Shown here piece after piece: positions 1 to 7,700 of a stretch of 20,000 bases of DNA. Origin of the DNA: an uncultured virus (IMG/VR IMGVR_UViG_3300026478_000873) (Duplodnaviria > Heunggongvirae > Uroviricota > Caudoviricetes); the IMG/VR virus record IMGVR_UViG_3300026478_000873; one strand, given 5' to 3'. Under the pieces are notes generated by a model. The model searched no databases, had not been told where the DNA came from, and saw nothing but the letters and a program-made list of their open reading frames with translations. Position numbers and translations under genes: made by a program. How positions within the stretch are numbered: position 1 is the first letter of the stretch; the number at the start of each line of letters is the position of its first letter.

Positions 1-859
1 TGAGTACATCCGCCCCCAAGTGTTTGAAGTGCAGTATGCGGATATTAAGTATCCGACCATTCTGCCTGTTACCAGTGAAGCTGGCCCTGGCGCTCAGACC
101 TTCACTTACCGCATCATGGACTCCACTGGTGAGTTCAAGCTGATCGCTGATGCTGCTGATGATCTGCCCCGTGCTGACATCAGCCAGACCGAGAAGAGCA
201 TCAACATCCGCTCCTTCGGTGGTTCCTTCGGTTATACCGTGCAGGAACTGCGTGCCGCTCAGATGGCCAACATCGCTCTGGAGCAGCGTCGTGCTGCTGC
301 TGTGCGTCGTGCCTATGAAGAGAAGGTGGAAGAAGTGGCCCTGTTCGGTGAGAGCACCGTGGGTCTTTCCGGTTTCTTCAACAACTCCACCGTGGATGTT
401 GTGGCCGCTGATAAGTGGTTCACCACTGCAAGCATCACCGCCCAGGAAATGCTTGAGCTGCTGAACTATGGCGTGACTGCCATTATCAATGGCTCCAAAA
501 TGAAGGAGCAGCCCGACACTATCCTCATGGCTTATGAGGATTACAACAAGGTGAGCACCACTCGCAACTCCGACTCCTCGGATGTGACCGTGCTGGAATA
601 CTTCCTGCGCACCAACCCCTACATCCGCAATGTTGAGCCCATCAACCAACTGGATGCTGATAACAGCGTGCTGAACACCAACCGCATGGTTGTGTATAAG
701 CGCGATCCCGAGAAAGTGCAACTGCACATTCCTCAGCCCCTGGAACTCTTCCCGCCCCAACAGCGCGGCCTTGAGTTCATCGTTCCCGCTCATGCTCGCG
801 TGGGTGGCGTGGCTCTGTACTATCCCAAGAGCGTTATCTACGTTCAGGCTTCTAGCTGA
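1..859 (+). CDS. Major capsid protein, HK97 fold, DUF2184/Linocin_M18-like (5' truncated by window edge)
   Basis: Frame is open from position 2 (EYIRPQVFEVQY...), so the GTG at 20 is not the true start. Motifs GPGAQTFTY, ADDLPRAD, FGYTVQELRAAQ, NRMVVYKRDPEKVQLHIPQP and ARVGGVALYYP match DUF2184 capsids as I recall them. Strong C-ending codon bias, as expected for a highly expressed gene. Confidence 0.9.
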   Translation, partial: EYIRPQVFEVQYADIKYPTILPVTSEAGPGAQTFTYRIMDSTGEFKLIADAADDLPRADISQTEKSINIRSFGGSFGYTVQELRAAQMANIALEQRRAAAVRRAYEEKVEEVALFGESTVGLSGFFNNSTVDVVAADKWFTTASITAQEMLELLNYGVTAIINGSKMKEQPDTILMAYEDYNKVSTTRNSDSSDVTVLEYFLRTNPYIRNVEPINQLDADNSVLNTNRMVVYKRDPEKVQLHIPQPLELFPPQQRGLEFIVPAHARVGGVALYYPKSVIYVQASS

Positions 860-884
860 GGATAGTTAATCAAGGGAGGGACGT

Positions 885-890
885 TAAGCT
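885..890 (+). promoter_or_regulatory. Putative -10-like box TAAGCT
   Basis: In the intergenic gap, 24 nt before ATG 915; variant of the TAGANT motif found before several genes. Confidence 0.35.
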
Positions 891-914
891 ATGAACAATT
901 GTTTTTTTTGAACA

Positions 915-1301
915 ATGCTAATTGCTTATCGTCCCGAACTTGAAAACCCGCCCCGTGAAGGCGGGTTTGGCATTATTACGCAAACAGGTATGATCCAACT
1001 CACGCCTGGTCTTAATCAAGATATTCCAGAACATCAATGGAAAGTGGCTCGTGAGAATAAGGCAGTAAAACGCCTTATGAACATTGGAGCCATTGAGGAA
1101 GTGCGAGAGCAGATCATGGTGGAAGACATTCCGCAAGATGTGCAAACGCTTTCTCAGATGCCAATGGTGGAAGCCATCCGCATGATTGAACTCATTCATG
1201 ATCCAGATCAATTGAATGGCTGGAAAAAGATTGAAGGCCGCGTGCGCGTGCGCAATGCCATTAATAAGCGCATTGAAAACATTCGCATTGGGAAAGCCTG
1301 A
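915..1301 (+). CDS. Hypothetical head-associated protein
   Basis: 128-aa ORF between capsid and connector genes; IQLTPGLN..W..VKRLMNIGAI resembles small proteins that commonly follow DUF2184 capsids. Confidence 0.7.
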   Translation: MLIAYRPELENPPREGGFGIITQTGMIQLTPGLNQDIPEHQWKVARENKAVKRLMNIGAIEEVREQIMVEDIPQDVQTLSQMPMVEAIRMIELIHDPDQLNGWKKIEGRVRVRNAINKRIENIRIGKA

Positions 1302-1303
1302 TT

Positions 1304-1615
1304 ATGGCCGTTACTTATGCGAGTTTTCTTGAGCGGTTCCCTGAATTCACTCCCCATCCATCGGGAATTGTGAATGGCGCCATCTCTGAAGCCACCTACG
1401 ATGCTTCTGCAGACGTGTTTGGGGAACAAACTGATAGAGCAGTTAAATTTCTTGCTGCTCATATCATTGCCATCCAACTTGCACAAATGGGCATTCAAAT
1501 TGGTGCCACTGAAGGCAAGGTGTATGGTGAGGGGCTAGATGCCACTCAATACGGTCAAGAGTTTAAGCGTATGCTGAATACGCTGCCTTCTTCTTCTGTT
1601 GGTTTCGTTGTATGA
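1304..1615 (+). CDS. Head-tail connector/adaptor (DUF4054-like)
   Basis: N-terminal FLERFPEF, central LAAH and C-terminal TQYGQEF motifs; synteny after the capsid gene. Confidence 0.8.
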   Translation: MAVTYASFLERFPEFTPHPSGIVNGAISEATYDASADVFGEQTDRAVKFLAAHIIAIQLAQMGIQIGATEGKVYGEGLDATQYGQEFKRMLNTLPSSSVGFVV

Positions 1616-2001
1616 GCAATTTTCTGGAGCCACTTGCCAATTCCACACTGGTATGGTCGGTGGCTTCAGGCTATGCACTTGATAGCGAAACTGGAAATTA
1701 CGTTGCCGTTGCAACAGGCGTCACTTATTACGCCACGTTAAGGCAGAAGCGTAATCCTCAGTACGATTATTTGCTTGGTGCAGATCAAACTGCTGTCTAC
1801 ATGGAGGGGCGTCTCACTTCTCCATTAACGCTTTCCGGCGTAACGCCTGGTGATTCTGCTCAAGCAACGATCAATGGAAGAGAAGGGCGCTTTGAACTGT
1901 TGCCAAACGAGGAGATTGCTATTCATTATTGGCAGTTCCTCGGCACGCCAATTAGAGGAATTTTTAGACTAATTGGCAAAGGAAGCGTTGATAACGCTTA
2001 A
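1612..2001 (+). CDS. Putative head-closure/stopper protein
   Basis: ATGA overlap with the connector gene; 129 aa, beta-rich, 'YALDSETGNYV' hairpin typical of head-closure proteins. Function assigned mostly by synteny. Confidence 0.55.
   Translation: MSNFLEPLANSTLVWSVASGYALDSETGNYVAVATGVTYYATLRQKRNPQYDYLLGADQTAVYMEGRLTSPLTLSGVTPGDSAQATINGREGRFELLPNEEIAIHYWQFLGTPIRGIFRLIGKGSVDNA
1964..1974 (+). promoter_or_regulatory. Putative late promoter -10 element (TTAGACTAATT) for the tail tube gene
   Basis: Identical 11-mer recurs at 14522-14532 before the second tube-like gene. Confidence 0.45.
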
Positions 2002-2033
2002 TCACTTTTCTTTCCATTGCTGAGGATCTTCTC

Positions 2034-2612
2034 ATGCTTTACCATCCCACAGAACTGGTGAAGAGCCAAGACGTGATTGTGCGTGTTGGCTCGATCAGTG
2101 GCACCAGCCGCCCCGTAATCACCCAGAGCGGCGCCACCTTCAGCGTAAGCGGCGCTCCCACTCTTTACACTCTGCAAGCTGCTACCACGGCTTCTGTTGC
2201 CTTCAATGATGGCAATACTGAGTTCTACCTGCTTGGCGGCGGTGGTTTTGCTGATAGCGTAATTGTTACCAGCCAAGCCACTGCATCCATTACTTCCTAT
2301 TTCCAAAAGGATGTTGATGGCACCGTGTTTGTGCCGAATAGCTTTGACGAGGCTTTCCAGGTGATCAGCTCGGCTCGTTATGACAAGAACGCTGAGGTGT
2401 ACGTGGAAATCAACAAGCAGCTTGGCGCTTCAGGCACCACTTATTACTATGACCGAGTGGCTTACGTGGGTCGCGTGATGAACTACAACGAGAGCTATCC
2501 TGCTGATAACCTCGTGGAATGCACCTTCGATCTGATTAGCCGTGGTCGCATTGGCATTCATCAGAATGCCTCCGAGACTGGCTCGATCATCCCGACTGCT
2601 CCTAATAGCTGA
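2034..2612 (+). CDS. Major tail tube protein
   Basis: 192 aa; C-terminal 'RVMNYNESYPADNLVECTFDLISRG' tube signature; GAGG SD upstream; high-expression codon bias like the capsid gene; followed by a terminator. Confidence 0.8.
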   Translation: MLYHPTELVKSQDVIVRVGSISGTSRPVITQSGATFSVSGAPTLYTLQAATTASVAFNDGNTEFYLLGGGGFADSVIVTSQATASITSYFQKDVDGTVFVPNSFDEAFQVISSARYDKNAEVYVEINKQLGASGTTYYYDRVAYVGRVMNYNESYPADNLVECTFDLISRGRIGIHQNASETGSIIPTAPNS

Positions 2613-2635
2613 TTCATCTTTCCATAGATCTTTGC

Positions 2636-2666
2636 TAGCCTTCCCTTACGGGGAGGCTATTTTATT
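2636..2666 (+). terminator. Rho-independent terminator
   Basis: Stem TAGCCTTCCC / GGGGAGGCTA (10 bp, one G-U), loop TTAC, followed by TTTTATT. Confidence 0.8.
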
Positions 2667-3077
2667 GTGAACATTGCACAACTTCGGGAAGTGGTTACTG
2701 AGCTACTTTCCGCATCGCCTAATTTAATTGGCACTTATACATTGCCAAATAATTCAACGCTTCCTGCTGTTTACGTAGTGGGAAGGCAAAGCGTGCCGCA
2801 CGAATGGAAAGTGAAGGGACTGGAAGTGACAATGAGAGAGTTTCCAATCCTTAATCCTGGCTCTCCATTGGGAGGCACTGTAAAAGTGAGTCAAGTATGG
2901 GAAGTGGTTTTAACTCAATTTACACCCAGTAGCAATACGCTCGCTACAGCGATGGACAGAATGGTTAGACGTTTTCCTGATGCCACGCCAAGATATTTTC
3001 AGGGAGATGATATTGCCTATGAGCGCTGTCGATTTTTGATTCCAGATTTAATTCTCCGTAATTTAATTGCGCCATGA
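2667..3077 (+). CDS. Putative tail terminator/tail completion protein
   Basis: 136 aa, GTG start with GGAGG 10 nt upstream; size, alpha/beta pattern and position fit tail terminators. Confidence 0.5.
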   Translation: MNIAQLREVVTELLSASPNLIGTYTLPNNSTLPAVYVVGRQSVPHEWKVKGLEVTMREFPILNPGSPLGGTVKVSQVWEVVLTQFTPSSNTLATAMDRMVRRFPDATPRYFQGDDIAYERCRFLIPDLILRNLIAP

Positions 3078-3526
3078 GTGGAATCATCAATGGAGGCTCA
3101 ATTATTAACGGAAAAATTCTTGAGCAAAAATTAGCGCAAGCTTTTGAAACTTGGGCACGTTTTGATGCGAACGATTATTTTCGCGGACAATTTACGGAAG
3201 ACAAGTGGAACTATCCTGGAGAGACAGAAAGGAAAAGCGGAGAACTTGCCAGGGATCCACGTAATATTTTCGATCTTGGCGATCTTTATAGAAGTGGTAG
3301 GGATAGCTTTAAAATTACGCAAGGAAGCATAGATATCACTGCATCGTGGGATTGGGATGCAAAGAATAGTTCAGGAAGAGGCTATGCGTGGTATGTTCAT
3401 GAAGGACTGTCAACTAATTTGGCGCCAAGGCAGTGGACAGACGTGTTTCAGCAGCGCGATCTATTTGCAAGTAGCAATGTAAGCAAGGAGCTAAGATCGC
3501 GAATACGTAAAGCATTGGGCAAATGA
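3074..3526 (+). CDS. HK97 gp10-like neck/tail completion protein
   Basis: Motifs PRNIFDLGDLYRS and YAWYVHEG...APRQW match the DTGxLxxS ... YAxYVHEG ... PRPF pattern; ATGA overlap with the previous gene. Confidence 0.7.
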   Translation: MSGIINGGSIINGKILEQKLAQAFETWARFDANDYFRGQFTEDKWNYPGETERKSGELARDPRNIFDLGDLYRSGRDSFKITQGSIDITASWDWDAKNSSGRGYAWYVHEGLSTNLAPRQWTDVFQQRDLFASSNVSKELRSRIRKALGK

Positions 3527-3780
3527 ACATCGATTATCTATGGAACCAGGATAATACTGTGCATGCCATTAATTGCGAGCTTAACGGCATGGCTCTAGAC
3601 GTTGGCATATTATGCCTTATTTCTTGCCGGGAAGAGACGCTTAGAATAAGCAACGAAAATCATTCAATGCTGGTTGAAGTGCCTAAGGAATTTCGCTCTA
3701 ACAGCGAAAGAGTGAAGGTGTTCAACGCATTGTTAAACGTTCTTGATCATGAGCAAATACAGCTTCCTTCTGCAAACTAA
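3523..3780 (+). CDS. Hypothetical protein (85 aa)
   Basis: ATGA-coupled to the upstream gene and fills the gap before the chaperone gene, overlapping it by about 32 nt. Confidence 0.6.
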   Translation: MNIDYLWNQDNTVHAINCELNGMALDVGILCLISCREETLRISNENHSMLVEVPKEFRSNSERVKVFNALLNVLDHEQIQLPSAN

Positions 3781-4285
3781 AGCTGAAGATTATTGTGAGC
3801 TTCTTCCCGAAATTCGACTCAAGAAATACGGTGGTTGGCTTGTGGCCGAAGCCATTGAACAGGAAGAAATTAGTAAACTGCAAAGCCAAGCTACTATTAA
3901 AGCTGTGCAACTGGCTAAGCGTATTGCCACTGCAAAGGACATCCCATTAGACGAAGCTTTCGGTTTACTTCAAGGCGGTGGCGGCTCTATTACTGAGGCT
4001 GAGCTTCTTTCCGAATACACGGAAGAAACCCTCAGTATGATTACCAGCGGCTCTTCAGTGGAAAGCACTAACGCTCGTATGGTTACTGCCTTTATTCGCT
4101 CTCGCGGTCAAGGCTTAATTGACGGGGAATGGCAAGACCTTTCTGATTGGGAATTGGATGATACCAAAAATCTGCCTCGCAAAGCCATTGCCAAAGTGGT
4201 TGAATTTATTGCCGAAGAACAAAATGCTGAGACGCAGGAGGCAGTGGCCGCAAAAAAAGCAACGAAGAGGAATTCTCCTCAGTAG
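3749..4285 (+). CDS. Tail assembly chaperone (gpG-like)
   Basis: Acidic helical protein two ORFs upstream of the tape measure gene, ending just after a slippery site. ATG 3749 preferred to TTG 3743. Confidence 0.75.
   Translation: MSKYSFLLQTKAEDYCELLPEIRLKKYGGWLVAEAIEQEEISKLQSQATIKAVQLAKRIATAKDIPLDEAFGLLQGGGGSITEAELLSEYTEETLSMITSGSSVESTNARMVTAFIRSRGQGLIDGEWQDLSDWELDDTKNLPRKAIAKVVEFIAEEQNAETQEAVAAKKATKRNSPQ
4236..4280 (+). other. Programmed -1 ribosomal frameshift signal
   Basis: AGGAGG (4236-4241), 10-nt spacer, A_AAA_AAA (4252-4258) in the correct phase, 8-nt spacer, hairpin GAGGA-ATTC-TCCTC (4267-4280). The -1 frame is open into the next ORF. Confidence 0.75.
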
Positions 4286-4725
4286 CAGAAATGCTGGAAG
4301 CGCGAGCGCGTAACCAGTTAAAGGGACTGACAGATTGGAATGAAATTTATTTCCGACTTTCTGCGTCGGATTTTCATGATAGACGATGGCATGCTGATCA
4401 ATTTGGTCGGCAGCCATTGTCTGACATTAAGCGTGCATTGAAATATTTAGACAAACACGACATTGCAAAATACAATGTGCAGAGCGTTGCTATTGCAAAG
4501 CTTGGCACTATGGCCGCTGGCATGATGGTAGGACGCAAGTCTAAAATTAAGCCGGAAGACTTTCTGCCCTTTGACACTAAAGCCATCAAGAAAGATACTG
4601 GCGTTACTGATGCCAGCTTGATTGTTCTTCAACGTTTAATGAAGACAAGAAAAATGGACGGCAGGGTGATTGCATTGCTCGCCGATGATTTAAAAGCTTT
4701 TTCTGGGCGTAATCAAGAGCAATGA
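4252..4725 (+). CDS. gpT-like C-terminal part of the G-T frameshift chaperone
   Basis: -1 frame relative to gpG; reads KKSNEEEFSSVAEMLEARARN... (track start ATG 4291 has no SD); 'KIKPEDFLPF' motif typical of pre-tape-measure chaperones. Confidence 0.7.
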   Translation, partial: KKSNEEEFSSVAEMLEARARNQLKGLTDWNEIYFRLSASDFHDRRWHADQFGRQPLSDIKRALKYLDKHDIAKYNVQSVAIAKLGTMAAGMMVGRKSKIKPEDFLPFDTKAIKKDTGVTDASLIVLQRLMKTRKMDGRVIALLADDLKAFSGRNQEQ

Positions 4726-4728
4726 TTA

Positions 4729-4734
4729 TAGAAT
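4729..4734 (+). promoter_or_regulatory. Putative -10 box TAGAAT
   Basis: In the intergenic gap, 25 nt before the tape measure ATG. Confidence 0.4.
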
Positions 4735-4759
4735 GAAGGGAATGTGATTAGAAAGCAAG

Positions 4760-7700
4760 ATGGCAGCTCAAGACGCCGAATTGAAGCTTAAGGTAAGTCT
4801 TGACCTGGCATTTTTCAGGCAGCAATTAGCAGGGCTTGGACAAGCTGCTGCTGGCACTCCATTGCCAGTGCAAATTAGATTTGATAGGCGTAGTGTGCAA
4901 AACGAGCTTAATGCTCTTGGCGCAAATATTAGACGCAGAAATTATACGCTTAATGTTAACACTAATTTAAAGGCTGAAATTGAGAATGCGTCTAAATTGG
5001 CTAAAGCTCTGAATGAGCTAGGAAGATCCAGAGGCACCGCTCAGCAAGGGATCAATCAACAGCTTGGGCTTGGTCAATTGTTAAAAGGCCCACAATCTGG
5101 GGGTATTGGCAGTAAAGATGTAGAAAGGCTTTATCGTGCAGCGGCTAGGGCTGGCATCCTTGAATACAGCAAAGAAGTAGCGAGAACAAAAGCTTCTGCG
5201 GTGGCAGCACTAGAAGAGGTTGGCAGCGATAGCGTAAAAGGTCTTCTTAATGGCCTTAAGAGCGAAGACGAAAAGTTGAGAGCAGCAGCCGAATATCTTG
5301 GAGAGTCTTTAATTAAGACGGTAAAGAATGTTCTTGGCATTGCATCGCCTTCTCGTGAATTTAAGAAGATTGGCCAAAATGTAGGCGAAGGTTTCCAGCA
5401 GGGCATGATGTCCTCGATGGATAAAGCCTTCGATGCAGTAGAAGGGCTAATGCGGGCACGCATGAAAGTGCTCGATACTATTGCTCGCGGCATGTTCCGC
5501 ATGGCAGGCATTGACCCTGCTGCTATCAGGGCCGAAGCTGCTCAACGCCGCGCATTGCCTGGCGTTAATTTCCCTGCGACAGTGCCGCCTCGCAATGTTT
5601 CAATTGGTCCGTCTGGAACAGGTAGAGCATTGCCGCCTGGAGCCATTCCTTCTGCATTGCCTGGCACTGCATTTGGTGCGCAACGTTATTTACCTACTGC
5701 ATTAAGTGACGAGCTGAAAACAATTTTACGTGGAGCCGCATTTGCTTTTGTTGACTCTCTTAAGCAGCAAGTAAGAAGCACTCGCATTGGCCTTGGAGCA
5801 ACACAACAGCCTTTACTTGGGGCCAGTCGTATTGCTGGCTTACTTCCCGCTGGCGTTGGTCGTGCTCCCAGCGTTTATTCAACAGGTGCAGTTGGCGGCG
5901 AAACCCGCGCAGAAATGATGGCGCGTCGCGAACGTGAAGCCCGCATGCGCTCGGATTTACGTGGCATGGATGTAATCGGAGGTGGGGCTGGTCGCACTCC
6001 TTCTCCTTACAGCTATGCGTATCGCGGGGCGCGTCCCACTAGCGCCATTGTTCCCTATGCAACTGGAGGGGCAATTGTACCTCAGCCGTCGATGGCGGGA
6101 GGCGGTGCGCAGCCTCCTGCCGGCGGCGGTGGTGGACGATTTGGTGGCTTTGGTGGCATGATTCCAGGCGCTGGTGATTTTGGTCGCGCCATTGGAGGAG
6201 TGAATCTACCTGGCACTGGAACAATTAGAGAGCTTGGACAGGAGTTTGGTTTTGCCGCTAAGCAAGTTGTGTTGTTTGGCCAGGCGTATAAATTACTTGC
6301 ATTCATTCAAAATCTTCCAGCGCAAGTGGGTGCAGCAGTTGGACAATTACAAAGTTTTAGGAATACATTAAATGCAGTCACTCCTTCCACTGAAGAGGCT
6401 CGGGCGTCTAATGAGCTTTTGCTCGGACTCATGGAGAAATATAACGTGCCTTTGCAATCAGCACGTGATGGCTTTACTAAGCTATACGCTTCCATGGCTC
6501 CCGCTGGTTTCAGTGGAAACGAAATCAGAGACTTATTCACCGGCATTACAAAAGCTGCGGCCACGTTTGGCATGAGCGCAGATAAAGTTGATCGCGTTAA
6601 CTATGCCTTTGCTCAGATGGCTAGTAAGGGGCAAGTGATGAGCGAAGAACTTAAAGGTCAGTTGGGCGATGTTCTGCCTGGTGCAATGGCTTTGTTTGCT
6701 GAAGCAGCAGGATTTAAAGGGCCTAAGGCCATTCAAGACTTTTCCGCTGCCTTGGAAGATGGCGCCTATAAAGGAGAGGCAATGGTTGCATTGCTGAAAA
6801 ATGTAACTGTTGTAATGAATAAAGAGTTTGGTCCTGGCGCTGAAGGCGCGGCGCGAACTTTCCAGGGCGTAATGAACCGCATGCAAAACTCAATGGCTCT
6901 TTTCTATGAGAGCTTTGAACCTGTTGCAGTGGGATTCTTGAATAGCGTTGTTGCCCCGATGACGGACGGCATCAAACAGCTTACCGATGGACTTAATGCC
7001 TTTTTTACTGGTACAGCAGCAAAAACAGCAGGAGGATTTGCTATTGCTCAAGAGCTGGAGCGGCTGCGTCCGGCATTTGATGGCATTGGACAAAACGTGT
7101 CTACTTTTGTTGTTCAATTGGGAGAACTTGCAAGAGTTGCTCTTGATGTTGGCAAGGTATTCTTGCAAATTGCTGGCAATCCAATTGTTGGTTATCTTGC
7201 AAAGCTTTATGCGATTGCTCTTCCCATCAATATTGCGCTTGGCGTGATGCGTGGATTGTGGGCTGCTAATGCATTGCAACTGTTAATTTTCAATGCAAGA
7301 GTTGCTTCTGGTACTTCGACTTTATCAGCGTTCAGGGGGATGATGGCTGCAACAGGCGCTACAGCGCAAACTACTGCAGCTTCCATCCGCACTGCTGGTA
7401 TCACCTTGCGCACTTTCTTCGCGACAACTGGCGTTGGCTTGGTTGTTGTTGGTATCAGTATGCTCATTGAGAAATTCCTGACAATGAACCAGGCACTGGC
7501 TGATACCAAAGCAAAGGCGATGGGTGCGGTGCAGGCTATTCGCTCAATGTCACAAACGGAAGCTCGCGCAGCCGAACAGCAGGCGCAGTCGGCCTATCAA
7601 ACAATTGGAGCGATTGCAGGGCGTGGTGGTACTCAGCAACCAGGCGGAGATCGTCTTGTTCCCGTGAGCGAAAGAGAACTTAAGCAACTTCAGGGACTTG

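Noticed and set aside
20..22. GTG start for the capsid gene
   Set aside because: The frame is open to the window edge; the true start is upstream.
1..859. Cellular encapsulin/linocin nanocompartment
   Set aside because: Same fold family, but the gene sits in a complete head-tail operon, so it is a phage capsid.
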